64,000 nucleotides of DNA from contig CAWAWS010000027.1 of NCBI GenBank assembly GCA_963785725.1, positions 1-64,000 on the forward strand. Direction: 5' to 3'. Both the position numbers and the translations under genes were made by a program. Below the pieces are notes generated by a model that saw only the letters and a list, made by a program, of their open reading frames with translations, did not search any database and had not been told where the DNA came from. The stretch is from an uncultured delta proteobacterium. Lineage in GTDB: Bacteria; Myxococcota_A; Polyangia; Palsa-1104. Of this stretch, positions 16,474-27,650 are shown piece after piece (within the stretch, counting starts at the first letter, position 1; each line of letters opens with the position of its first letter).

Positions 16474-17679
16474 CTACTCGCACTCGGCGCCGGCCGTGAG
16501 CACGTCGGCGTCGAAGCGCACGCTGACGTCACCGACGGTGACCAGGCTGCCGACGAAGAGCGCGCCGGTCGCGTTCAGCCCTTCGTCGCTGAGGAGGACA
16601 GCGTCGGGCGCGTAGACGATCGCCGACAGCGTCGCCTGCGCGCCCAGCTGCACCGTCGTCGACGCGAGCCACAGCCGCACCGCCGCCGCCGTCGGCGAGC
16701 CGACCACGCCGGCGGTCACGATGACGTCGCCGTTGACGAACAGGTCGAGCTCGGCGCCGTCATCGAGCGTCACGCGCAGACCGTCGGCCAAGCTGACGTC
16801 GCCGCCAATCGACAGCGCGCTGCGCCCGTGGACGCGAATTTCCAGCGTGTCGTCGCTCGTCAGCGACGGCAAATAGTAGCTGCCGCAGGGCAGATCGAAG
16901 CCGGTCGGGCCATGCGTCGTCGCCAGCGCCGTCGCGTCGAGGCCGGCCGCAGCATCGTCGTTCTGCGTGGCCGCGGCCTTGACGACGGCCGCGACATCGA
17001 CGACCGGACCGGCGGCGCAATTACATGGCGGCGGCACCTCGATCGCTTGCGACACGATGAAGTTGTTGGCCGCCGACTGCGACACGGTCGACGACGGCGA
17101 GACATAGAGCGTGCCGAGGACGACGGGGCGACCGAGCACGTCACCGGCGACATAGGCGCTGCCGCTGACGGTCGCGATCTGCGAGGCCACGAGGCTGCCG
17201 GCGGTGTATAGGTCGCCCAAGATCTGGGCCGGCCGATCGAAGCTGACGCCGCCCGAGCCGCCGCCCGTCAAGCTGCCGCCGACCTCGGCCGAGCCGGAGA
17301 TCTCGATATTGCCGTCGCTGGCGACGCCGGCGCTGCCGCTGCTCGGCGCCAGCGTGCCGCCGCCGCCGCCGCTGCCGCCACCGCCGCCCATTGGACCGGG
17401 CGGGCCGCTGCCGCCCTGCGTGAACAGGCCGCCGGCGAGCTCGATCGAGTCGCACGAGCAGAGCGCGTGGTCGACGGTGCCGGCGGCGAGCGCGGCGGCG
17501 CAGCGTCCGTCGCCGCCGCCGATGCGAACCGGCGCGCCCAAGCCGCTGCAGGCCGGCGCGCCGCCGTCGAAGCCGCCGCCGCCGCCCAGATCCGGCGGAC
17601 GCAACAGCTCCGTGCGCTGCGTGCAGCCGGCCAGGATTGCGCCGGCGGCGACAGCGACGACGAGCGCCGCTCGGGTCAT
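16474..17679 (-). CDS. myxobacterial lipoprotein with beta-helix-like repeats
   Basis: Lipobox LAGC; LPCGSYYL, AIVYAPDA, GALFVG motifs; ATG overlaps the anti-sigma stop. Confidence 0.7.
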   Translation of the reverse strand: MTRAALVVAVAAGAILAGCTQRTELLRPPDLGGGGGFDGGAPACSGLGAPVRIGGGDGRCAAALAAGTVDHALCSCDSIELAGGLFTQGGSGPPGPMGGGGGSGGGGGTLAPSSGSAGVASDGNIEISGSAEVGGSLTGGGSGGVSFDRPAQILGDLYTAGSLVASQIATVSGSAYVAGDVLGRPVVLGTLYVSPSSTVSQSAANNFIVSQAIEVPPPCNCAAGPVVDVAAVVKAAATQNDDAAAGLDATALATTHGPTGFDLPCGSYYLPSLTSDDTLEIRVHGRSALSIGGDVSLADGLRVTLDDGAELDLFVNGDVIVTAGVVGSPTAAAVRLWLASTTVQLGAQATLSAIVYAPDAVLLSDEGLNATGALFVGSLVTVGDVSVRFDADVLTAGAECE

Positions 17680-18860
17680 CGCGCCGAAGCGCGCAGCTCG
17701 GCCAGGCGATCGCGCGCTTCCCGCGCGAATTGACCATCGGGATAGCGGTCGAGATAGCCGCGCAGCGCCGTCTCCGCCTCGGCGTGCTGGCCGCGCTCGC
17801 TCCACAGCTGCGCCGCCGCGAACGCCGCCGCTTCGCCTTCGGGCGCGCGCGGGAAGTCACGGGCGACGACGACATAAGCCGCCAGCGCGCGCTCGCTATC
17901 GGACTCGACGAGATACGATTCGGCGACGAAGATCTGCGCCTGCGCGCGCTCGGCCGTCGTCGGATGGCCGGTCAACGCATGGCGAATCAGCTCGCGCGCG
18001 CCGGCCGCGTCGCCGTCGGCCAGCCGCGCCCGCGCGCGATCGAGCGTCAGGCGAATGCTGCCCGCCGTCGCCGTCGTCGTCGTCGCCGCGTGCGCCGGCG
18101 CGACGCTCGGTGCCGTCGCCGGCACCTTGGCGACGGGCGCGGCCGCTATCGCCGGCCATTGCGCGCCGGCACCGACCGTCGCCAAGCGGCGGCCGTCGAG
18201 CGCGTAGACCTCGACGGCGCCATCGAGCACGCGCACCGCGTCCGACGCAAAGCGCGCATGCGCCCGCGTCAACACCATCTCGAACTGCGGGCCGCGCACG
18301 TGCAACGGTGCGACGGCCACCGGCGCCGACAGCTCGAGCGCGCCCGAGCCGAGGGCGATCTCGCGCGCCGCCGGCCGCAGCTCGACGTCGCTGCCCGTGG
18401 CGATGCGCAGCTCGGCGCCGCCAAAGCGGCTGACCCGCTCACGCGCCGCCGGCGTCAGCTTGGTCGCCAACATCTTCGTCACGGGCACCTGCGACACGGC
18501 CACGTCAGGCCGAACGCGCGGCTGGAGACGCCACGTCGCGATCGCGCCCAGCGTCGCCGCCGCCAGCGTGCCCGCCATCGCCCACGTCCAAACGCGCGCG
18601 TGCGGCCGCGACGCCGCCGCGCGCGTCGCCGGCTGCCGCCCCGCTTTGCGCAGCTGGGCGGCGATGCGCTCCTTCGCCGCCGTGCCCAACGCCGGCGGCG
18701 TCCAGCTGCGCAGCTCGCCCACCGTGCCCCAGCGCGCGCGCTCGGCGCGACACGCCGTGCACTCGGCCAGGTGCTGATCGAGCTGCAACAGAGTCGGCTC
18801 GCCCACGCCACCACGCACGTGCTCGACGAGGATGTCGCGCGCACGCCGGCAAGACATCAT
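17676..18860 (-). CDS. anti-sigma factor: zf-HC2 + TM + FecR-like + TPR
   Basis: HLAECTAC zinc finger; TM helix; C-terminal YLDRYPDGQFAREA TPR-like. Confidence 0.8.
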   Translation of the reverse strand: MMSCRRARDILVEHVRGGVGEPTLLQLDQHLAECTACRAERARWGTVGELRSWTPPALGTAAKERIAAQLRKAGRQPATRAAASRPHARVWTWAMAGTLAAATLGAIATWRLQPRVRPDVAVSQVPVTKMLATKLTPAARERVSRFGGAELRIATGSDVELRPAAREIALGSGALELSAPVAVAPLHVRGPQFEMVLTRAHARFASDAVRVLDGAVEVYALDGRRLATVGAGAQWPAIAAAPVAKVPATAPSVAPAHAATTTTATAGSIRLTLDRARARLADGDAAGARELIRHALTGHPTTAERAQAQIFVAESYLVESDSERALAAYVVVARDFPRAPEGEAAAFAAAQLWSERGQHAEAETALRGYLDRYPDGQFAREARDRLAELRASAR

Positions 18861-19477
18861 CGCTCGCCTCCCGATTCCAAGAGCGCGGCTACGTGCGCCG
18901 CCATCCGCTTGTCGCTCGACAGCCGCTTACGCAGCTCGCGCCGAGCGAAGAACACGCGCGACCGCGTCGCCGTCTGCGTCGCGCCCATCAATGACGCCAC
19001 TTCTTCGATCGAATAGCCTTCGATGACGTAGAGCAGTAGCGCGATCCGCTTCTTGGGCGCGATCGTGTCGAGCAGCTCGTGCAGCACCGGGCCCAAGCTG
19101 CGCTCGTCGAGCATGCGATCGTGATCGGGATGCTCGAGGATCGCCTCGTTGGGCACGACATCGAGCGGCACGTGGCGGCGAATCTTCCCGGCGCGCAGGT
19201 AATGCTGACCGACGTGCACCGCGATGCTGAGCAGCCACGTCTTGAAGCTGGCGTCGCCGCGATAACGCGACAGCGCCGTCATCGCCTCGAGAAACACCGT
19301 CTGCGTCAGATCCTCCAGATCGGCGACGGGACCGACGAGCCGGCCGAGCACGTGCTCGACGAGCCCGACGTGCGCGCGAAACAGCTGCTCGATGGCGTCG
19401 CCGTTGCCCGCGCGGCATTCGTCGAGCGTGGTAGGGCTCGGCTCGACGGTCAGGCGGGTGGACGACATGGGGCGCAT
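18857..19477 (-). CDS. ECF RNA polymerase sigma factor
   Basis: DLEDLTQTVFL, FKTWLLSIA, EGYSIEEVA...TRSRVFFARREL. Confidence 0.92.
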   Translation of the reverse strand: MRPMSSTRLTVEPSPTTLDECRAGNGDAIEQLFRAHVGLVEHVLGRLVGPVADLEDLTQTVFLEAMTALSRYRGDASFKTWLLSIAVHVGQHYLRAGKIRRHVPLDVVPNEAILEHPDHDRMLDERSLGPVLHELLDTIAPKKRIALLLYVIEGYSIEEVASLMGATQTATRSRVFFARRELRKRLSSDKRMAAHVAALLESGGER

Positions 19478-19517
19478 CTCCTATGTTGTGCCGCGTTACC
19501 GCTTTTTGTTGAAGGGG

Positions 19518-20696
19518 TCATGGCACCCGCACCAATAGACCAGCAGTTACGGTAAATTGCGCCCATCCGAGATCGGTCGAATGGGGGCTGCCGGCGGAAA
19601 GTTGCTGACGCGGCAGCAGCGCCTCGCCGCCGAGCGCGACGACAGCGCCGGCGTAGCGCGAGAAGAGCCACGCGCCTTCGATGTGCAGGCCGAGGCCGGC
19701 CGACAGTCGCTGCGCGCTGCCGCTGCGCAGGCCGGCGCGGGCGTCGGCGTCGATGATCTGCAGGCTGGCGCGCGGGCCGGCCGCGAGCTGCCAGCGCGGC
19801 CGAACCAGGCGCGCGACGAGGCCGGCGCCGACGGGCCAGACGCGCGCGCCGATCGTCGCCGCGTCGACGGCGACCGACGGTGCCGTCGTGAACGCGGCGT
19901 CGACGAACGCGGCCAGCGGCAGGCGTCCCCACGGCAGCGTCAGCCGCACGACGAGCCCTTGGCGCAGCCAGTCGACGTTGGTGGGCACGATGAGCGTGTA
20001 GGCCGCCGCCAGCTCGAGCCGCGTCTGCCGATGCGGCGGCGCCGGTAACGGCACGATCGCCGCCGCTTTCGCCGTCGGGCTCGGCGGCGGCGGCACGATC
20101 GCCGGTGGCGGCGTCACCATCGCCGGCGGCGGCGTCACGATCGCCGGCGGCGGCGTCACGATCGCCGGCGGCGGTGTCACGATCGCCGGCGGCGGCGTCA
20201 CGACCGTTGGCGGCGCCGGCGTCGTCGGTTCGGCGCGCGGCGGCGGCGCTTCGGGCGGCACGACCCACTGCGTGTCGTCGGCGACGGGCGCCAGAAGCGC
20301 GCGCACCTTCAGCGCCGTCACGCGCGCGCTGCCGAGCGTGTCGTCGCGCGCCACCGCCGTCTCGCGCAGCTCGAGCGACGCCGCCTTGAGCGCGTACAAG
20401 AGCGGCACGCCGGCGCGCTCGCCGAACCAGACGACGACGTCGGCGCCGCCCGACCGCGCGTCGGCGGCGACGCGATCGAGCGCCTCGGCGGTCAGCTCCG
20501 TCGGTGCCGCGCCGCCGAGCCGGACCGCGCGGCCGAGGTCACGCGTATAAATGCGCAAGGCATCGACGAGCACCGCTTCGCGGCCGCCGTTCGACGGACG
20601 CGAATCGGCGCCGGTCAGGACGAGGATCGCGCCCACCGGCTCGTTCGCGTGCGCCCAACCGCATGTGAGCAGCGCCAGCGCGCAACCAAGCCGCAT
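19518..20696 (-). CDS. secreted/outer-membrane protein with Pro-rich 21-bp (IVTPPPA) repeats and a C-terminal beta-barrel-like domain
   Basis: Signal peptide; ~6 xVTPPPA units at about 20085-20205; amphipathic beta strands. Confidence 0.62.
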   Translation of the reverse strand: MRLGCALALLTCGWAHANEPVGAILVLTGADSRPSNGGREAVLVDALRIYTRDLGRAVRLGGAAPTELTAEALDRVAADARSGGADVVVWFGERAGVPLLYALKAASLELRETAVARDDTLGSARVTALKVRALLAPVADDTQWVVPPEAPPPRAEPTTPAPPTVVTPPPAIVTPPPAIVTPPPAIVTPPPAMVTPPPAIVPPPPSPTAKAAAIVPLPAPPHRQTRLELAAAYTLIVPTNVDWLRQGLVVRLTLPWGRLPLAAFVDAAFTTAPSVAVDAATIGARVWPVGAGLVARLVRPRWQLAAGPRASLQIIDADARAGLRSGSAQRLSAGLGLHIEGAWLFSRYAGAVVALGGEALLPRQQLSAGSPHSTDLGWAQFTVTAGLLVRVP

Positions 20697-20728
20697 CCAA
20701 GGCTGGTGGTCGCGCCGCGGACGAACGT

Positions 20729-21979
20729 TCAAACGGGGCCGTCGTCCCGTCGCTGCGCGTGCGTCTCGGGAGCCAGCAGCGTCAACAGCGTCGTCGCCAA
20801 CAAGAGCGCGACCATGAGCCAGACGGCGGGGCCGTAGTCGCTGCCCGGACCTTTGATGAGCGCCATGGCGAAGCTGACGACGACGCCGCCCAAGTTGCCG
20901 GCCATCATGAGGATGCTGGTGGCGCTGCCGGCCGCGTGCGCGCCGGCGAGCTGCGCGCACATCTCGAGCAAGAGCGCGAACGCCGGCAAAAAGAAGAAGC
21001 CATGCAGACCGGCCAGCCACAAGAGGACGTGGTAATGGCCGCCGCTACAGAGCGGATGAATCGTCGCCAGCGCCATGCCCACGCTGACGAGGACGAACGG
21101 TTTACGCCGCTTCGACAGGTCGGACAGCGTCGGGATGGCGACGGCGCCCAAGATGCCGCCGCCGATGAGCGCGCCGCCGATGAGCCCCGCTTGATCGGCG
21201 TTGATGCCGTGCGGCGCCAGGATCTGCTCGAGCCAGGTCGTCAGGCCGTTGAAGACGCCGAGACCGAGGAACGCGAGCACGTACAAGAGCAGCAAACGAC
21301 GATCGGCGAAGAGCGAACGCAAGCGCGCCGGCTCGGTCGCCGCGGCGGTCGCCACGTGCTGATCGTTGGGATGGACGAGCCAGCCGAAGAGCACGAGCGT
21401 GACCAGCGCGACGACGGCGAAGACGACCATCGTGCCGCGCAAGCCGAAGGCGTCGACGGACAGCGGCGTCGTGGCCAAGCCGGCGGCCATGCCGATGAAC
21501 ATGCCCATCGTGCCGAGGCCGGTGGCGATGGCGCCCTCGCCTTCCGAGAACCAATCGGCGACGAGCTTGGAGATGCCGTTGACGACGTAGGGCTGCGCGA
21601 CGGCGATGCCCATTTGACCGATGAGCAGGACGGCGAAGCGATCGTCCCAGATGCGCAAGGCGGCGAAGGCGGTCATGACGATGGCGCCGATGCCGACGGT
21701 GAAGCGATAGCCGCGCCGATCGGTGAGCGCGCCCGCCGACAGCGAGAACACGACGTAGAGCAGCGGAAACACCAGCACCAACAGGCTGGCCATGAGCTCG
21801 CTCACGCCGTAGCGCGACTGCACCATCGTCAACAGCGGCGCGAAGTTGAGCCACAAGAGCTGGCTGACGCCGACGACCAGCGTGTAGGCTGCGAGCACGG
21901 CCCAGCGACGCGGACGATGCAGCGCCGGATCGCGCGCGCCGGCGACGCCTTCGACGGACGACGACGGAAGGCCGGTCAT
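20729..21979 (-). CDS. MFS transporter
   Basis: ~12 TMs; GALTDRRGYR motif A; TLSDLSKRRK. Confidence 0.9.
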   Translation of the reverse strand: MTGLPSSSVEGVAGARDPALHRPRRWAVLAAYTLVVGVSQLLWLNFAPLLTMVQSRYGVSELMASLLVLVFPLLYVVFSLSAGALTDRRGYRFTVGIGAIVMTAFAALRIWDDRFAVLLIGQMGIAVAQPYVVNGISKLVADWFSEGEGAIATGLGTMGMFIGMAAGLATTPLSVDAFGLRGTMVVFAVVALVTLVLFGWLVHPNDQHVATAAATEPARLRSLFADRRLLLLYVLAFLGLGVFNGLTTWLEQILAPHGINADQAGLIGGALIGGGILGAVAIPTLSDLSKRRKPFVLVSVGMALATIHPLCSGGHYHVLLWLAGLHGFFFLPAFALLLEMCAQLAGAHAAGSATSILMMAGNLGGVVVSFAMALIKGPGSDYGPAVWLMVALLLATTLLTLLAPETHAQRRDDGPV

Positions 21980-22548
21980 ACCCAGTGCGCTTCCATGTCC
22001 ATGGTCTCCTCGCCGTCGTGGCCGCCGGCGCGCGTGTGCATGCGCACCTCTTTGGCGCCGGCGACCTCGAGCATGCCGCCCGAGGCGCCGATGATTTCGG
22101 TCCACATGTTGCCGTCGAAGCCGACGCAGCCGGTCAGCCGCGCCAACGAATAGCCGCGCCGCGACTCGAGAATCGTCAGCGATCCGGTGTCGTAATAGGT
22201 GCTGAACAGGCGCGCCGAGAACGAGAGCAGCAGTTGCGGCGACACCAGCTTCAGGAACAGCTGCTTGTAGACGCTGCGCATGTCGTGCTGCACGGTCAGC
22301 TTGCCGATCTGCCGCGCGATCTCCGCGCCGTCGCTGCTGGCGACGCGAAAGGCGCGAAAGGCGTCGCGATACCACGAGATCGGGTACCAGCTCGCCGACA
22401 GGATCAGCCCCGAGCGATAGGCCTCGCTCAGCTGTGGCAGCATGAGCCCACGCGCCCGCGCATGCGCCGCCTGCCCGCGCAGCTCGAGATAGCAGGCGTC
22501 GATGGAACGGAACGCCACCCCTTTGACCCGCGGCTCTTTAGTGTCCAC
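21976..22548 (-). CDS. myxobacterial TIGR02265/DUF2378-like protein
   Basis: RVKGVAF...ILSASWYP...VYKQLFLKLVSPQ...YYDTG; paralogous pattern to 40319-40948. Confidence 0.6.
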   Translation of the reverse strand: MDTKEPRVKGVAFRSIDACYLELRGQAAHARARGLMLPQLSEAYRSGLILSASWYPISWYRDAFRAFRVASSDGAEIARQIGKLTVQHDMRSVYKQLFLKLVSPQLLLSFSARLFSTYYDTGSLTILESRRGYSLARLTGCVGFDGNMWTEIIGASGGMLEVAGAKEVRMHTRAGGHDGEETMDMEAHWV

Positions 22549-22657
22549 CCGCCCGCGATAATGACACGACAGCAACATTCGTAAACGCGCGAATGCGAGC
22601 ACCCAATCGACCAGATCTGCGATGGACAGGTGCCGCGGCGATCGTCAAGATGCCCCG

Positions 22658-25108
22658 ATGTTTTCTCGTAACGCCTTGCACGCCCTGTTTTTCGCGACTT
22701 TTGCGGCCGGCTGCTCGAGCCACGGCGCCGCGCTCGACGCGCCCTTCGCCGCCGACAGCCCGTGGCCCAAGTTCCGCCACGACGCCGTGCAGGACGGCAG
22801 ATCGAGCCTGAAGCCGACGTCGAAGAGCGGCACGTTCTGGAGCTATCGCACCGGCAAGGGCGTCTTCAGCTCGCCGGTCGTCAGCGGCGACGGCACCATC
22901 TACGTCGGCTCGGCCGATCGCACGTTCTACGCGCTCAAAGCCGACGGCACCGTCGACTGGAAGCTGCTCACGGGCGAGATCATCGACTCCTCGGCGCTGC
23001 TCGACGACAAAGGGCGCGTCTACTTCGGCTCCGGCGACGGCAACTTGCGCGCGCTCGACGCCAAGACCGGCACGCTCGCCTGGATGGCCACCGCCGACAA
23101 CGCCGTCAACGGCTCGTACATCAACTGGTTCGAAGGCAACGTGCAGCTGTCACCGACGGGCGAGCTGTACGCGCCCAACGACGACTTCTTCCTCTTTCAG
23201 CTCGATCGCGACACCGGCATGTTCACGCAGAAGCTGCGCCTGCCCGACCAAACGTGGTCGTCGCCGGCGTTCGACAAGAACGGGCAGCTCTACATCGGCA
23301 ACAACAACTTGGTGCAGGCGTTGGGCTCGAACTTGTTCTCGTTCGACAAGGCCAGCGTCGAGAAGTGGGAAGATTACGTGGGCGTGGGCTCGGTGGCGGC
23401 CAGCCCGCTCGTGACGCCGAGCGGCCTCATCGTCGCCGGCAGCTTCGACGGCTACGTGCGCGGCTTCTCCGCCGTCGACGGCACGCCGAAGTGGCAGTTC
23501 GGCGCGCGCGATCACATCTACGCCTCGGCCGCGCGCCAGTCCGACGGCACGATCGTGCAGGCCGCCACCGACGGCAGCGTCTACGGCCTCGACGAGACCG
23601 ACGGCACGCTGCGCTGGACGTTCGACTCGCGCGATCCCATCCGCTCGTCGCCCGCCGTCGACGGCGACGACAACGTCTACTTCGGCTCCGGCGACGGCCG
23701 CTTGTACGTGCTCAACAAGGACGGAACCTTGCGCTGGTCGGTGCAGCTCATCAGCGAGGACCGCAATGACGTCAACAGCTCGCCGGCGCTCGGCAAGGAC
23801 GCGATCTACGTCGGCGGCGAGAGCGGCGAAGTGTTCAGCGTGCCCTACGACTACTGCTTGCGCGCGCCCGGCATGACCGATCCGCGCTGCGCGCCGGCGA
23901 CGGCGCCGACGCTGCCCGACGACGGCGGCACGCTGCTCGTCACGACCTCGTTCGGCGCGGAGCTGGCGACGCCGCCGGCGACGATCGATCCCAATCAGCC
24001 CATCGTGCTCTCGCTGGTGGCGCGCCAAGGCGGTCACGACGAGCTGGCGCTGCTCGACGCGTCGTCGGTGGTGGTGACGATCACGCCGCCGGCGCAGTTC
24101 ACGACCGACGTCGCCGGCAACGGCAAGTTCGTCACCATCACGCCGACGGCGCCGCTGACCGCCGCCGCCGACGGCACCGTCACGATCGCCGTCACCGGCG
24201 GCTTCCTCGTGTCGCCGATGCGCAGCGGGCTCAAGCTGTCGGGCGGCACGGCCGGCGGCAACGTCAGCTTCATGATGCAGCCGACCTTGAACGTGCCGAT
24301 GGCGACGCCGGTGCCGCTCACCGTCGGCTCGGTGTGGCAAATCGCGCGCATCGCCTTGCCGCTGCCGACGCTCTTGCCGAGCTACAATCAGATCGGCTTC
24401 GACTCGCTGCAGTACCTCGTCAGCATCGTCGAGACGTTGCCGAACGGACAGGCGATCGCGTGGATGGCCGGCGCCACGCTCGACGACAACAACGACACGA
24501 TCATCGACCCGAAGACGCAGGCGCTCTTCCCGCTGCAGGTCACGAGCGACGGCACCTTCATGACGATGATCAATCAAGCGGGCGTGAGCGTGAAGGTCAC
24601 CAACATCGTCATTCCGTTTCAATCGTTCCGCCTGTCGGTCGCGCTCGGCGCAGACGGCAACGGCGCCGGCCCCGTGCGCCTGACGGGCTCGACGATCTGC
24701 GCCGACATCGCCACCTACGGCTCGTTCTTGCAGCAGCTCGGCCTGTGCAATCCGACCACCGATCTACTGACCGTCGTCGGCGCCGCCAACTTCACGACGT
24801 TCACCGCGCCCGCGCCGACGACCGCCACCGCGACCTTCGCCAGCGACGGCATGAACGTGACGGCGACGCTGACGGGCTCGCAGATCGTGGCCGCCGATCA
24901 CGTGGCGTCGCTGTTGCTCGTCGACGCGACCACGAACGCGCCCATCTCGCTCAACTACGGCCTGACGACGAAGACGACGGCGGATCCCAACGGCATGTTG
25001 GCGACGGTGACGGTGCCGCTCGCCGGCAAGACGCTGCCGGCGACGACGCGCGTGCATCTCATGATCGATACGGCGTCGGCGGCAACAGGCGACATCACCA
25101 CACCTTGA
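22658..25108 (+). CDS. PQQ-like/BamB-type beta-propeller lipoprotein
   Basis: Lipobox AAGC; SPWPKFRHD; repeated SSP(V/A)...IYVGS.DG.LYAL...G.L.W. Confidence 0.85.
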   Translation: MFSRNALHALFFATFAAGCSSHGAALDAPFAADSPWPKFRHDAVQDGRSSLKPTSKSGTFWSYRTGKGVFSSPVVSGDGTIYVGSADRTFYALKADGTVDWKLLTGEIIDSSALLDDKGRVYFGSGDGNLRALDAKTGTLAWMATADNAVNGSYINWFEGNVQLSPTGELYAPNDDFFLFQLDRDTGMFTQKLRLPDQTWSSPAFDKNGQLYIGNNNLVQALGSNLFSFDKASVEKWEDYVGVGSVAASPLVTPSGLIVAGSFDGYVRGFSAVDGTPKWQFGARDHIYASAARQSDGTIVQAATDGSVYGLDETDGTLRWTFDSRDPIRSSPAVDGDDNVYFGSGDGRLYVLNKDGTLRWSVQLISEDRNDVNSSPALGKDAIYVGGESGEVFSVPYDYCLRAPGMTDPRCAPATAPTLPDDGGTLLVTTSFGAELATPPATIDPNQPIVLSLVARQGGHDELALLDASSVVVTITPPAQFTTDVAGNGKFVTITPTAPLTAAADGTVTIAVTGGFLVSPMRSGLKLSGGTAGGNVSFMMQPTLNVPMATPVPLTVGSVWQIARIALPLPTLLPSYNQIGFDSLQYLVSIVETLPNGQAIAWMAGATLDDNNDTIIDPKTQALFPLQVTSDGTFMTMINQAGVSVKVTNIVIPFQSFRLSVALGADGNGAGPVRLTGSTICADIATYGSFLQQLGLCNPTTDLLTVVGAANFTTFTAPAPTTATATFASDGMNVTATLTGSQIVAADHVASLLLVDATTNAPISLNYGLTTKTTADPNGMLATVTVPLAGKTLPATTRVHLMIDTASAATGDITTP

Positions 25109-25162
25109 GCCCGTTTTGAGCGGCTGCGCGAACGACAAAAGCTGATACAGTCGGGTCGCGCC

Positions 25163-26023
25163 ATGAAGTCGACACTCGATGGTGAGATACCGGAGTACAG
25201 TCTCGCGCCGCGCGGGAAGTCCTCCAAACTGCCCTGGATCGTGGGCTTCCTCGGATTGGCCGCGGGTGCGGCCGGCGGCTGGCTGGCCGTCGACGAGCAC
25301 GGCAAGGCGAGCAGCGACGCCGCGAAGCTCGCCGAGCTGTCGTCGAAGCTGGCCGGCGCCGAAGCGAAAACGAAGGACCTGCAGGCGAAGCTCGACGCCG
25401 CCGAGACCGAGCGCTCGGCGCTGGCGGCATCGCGCGACGAGCTGTCAAAGAACGTGCAGTCCAAAGACGAGGAGCTGGCCAAGCTCAAAGGCACCTACGA
25501 CGAGCTGCAGGACAAGCTCAAGGGCGAGCTGAAGTCGGGCGACGTGAGCGTGACCCAAGTGGGCGGCAAGCTGCGCGTCGATCTCGTCGACAAGCTCCTG
25601 TTCACGTCCGGCGAAGCGCAGATCTCCAAGCGCGGCGAGAACGTGCTCCTGCGCGTCGGCGCGATCTTGGCCAACATCCCCGACAAGCTGATCCAAGTCT
25701 CGGGTCACACCGATCAAACGCCGATCGGCGAGAAGCGCTCGGCGCAGTTCCCGAGCAATTGGGAGCTGTCGGTCGCGCGCGCCACCAACGTCGTGCGCTT
25801 CTTGCAGGACAAAGGCAGCGTTCCCGGCGAGCGGCTCGTCGCCAGCGGCTACGGCGAGTTCCATCCCGTCGCCAGCAACAAGAGCGCCACCGGCCGCGCG
25901 CGCAATCGCCGCATCGAGATTCTGCTGACGCCGTCGCTCGATCCGAAGGCCATCGCCATGCGCAAGCTGAAGGCGGAGGCGGTCGCGGGCGAGCCCAAGT
26001 CGGTGGTGAAGCGCCAGAAGTAG
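25163..26023 (+). CDS. OmpA/MotB family protein with TM anchor and coiled coil
   Basis: LLFTSGEAQI, GHTDQTPI, SNWELSVARA, NRRIEI. Confidence 0.9.
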   Translation: MKSTLDGEIPEYSLAPRGKSSKLPWIVGFLGLAAGAAGGWLAVDEHGKASSDAAKLAELSSKLAGAEAKTKDLQAKLDAAETERSALAASRDELSKNVQSKDEELAKLKGTYDELQDKLKGELKSGDVSVTQVGGKLRVDLVDKLLFTSGEAQISKRGENVLLRVGAILANIPDKLIQVSGHTDQTPIGEKRSAQFPSNWELSVARATNVVRFLQDKGSVPGERLVASGYGEFHPVASNKSATGRARNRRIEILLTPSLDPKAIAMRKLKAEAVAGEPKSVVKRQK

Positions 26024-26024
26024 C

Positions 26025-27563
<1,539 letters not shown>

Positions 27564-27650
27564 AAATTCATAAATCGCTGCAAGGTTTTTGGGCGGCGCT
27601 CGTAACACCTCCCTCGTCGTGAAGCATTCGCGCTTCGCGGGGAGGATTTC

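Noticed and set aside
13669..17211. 1180-aa ORF as a novel fusion protein
   Set aside because: It is the YfhO-like gene (14146-16453) extended by an upstream open frame and by frameshift read-through.
25163..26023. Second ZorB/MotB motor subunit
   Set aside because: No W-x4-D proton-binding motif in the TM and no adjacent MotA-like gene.
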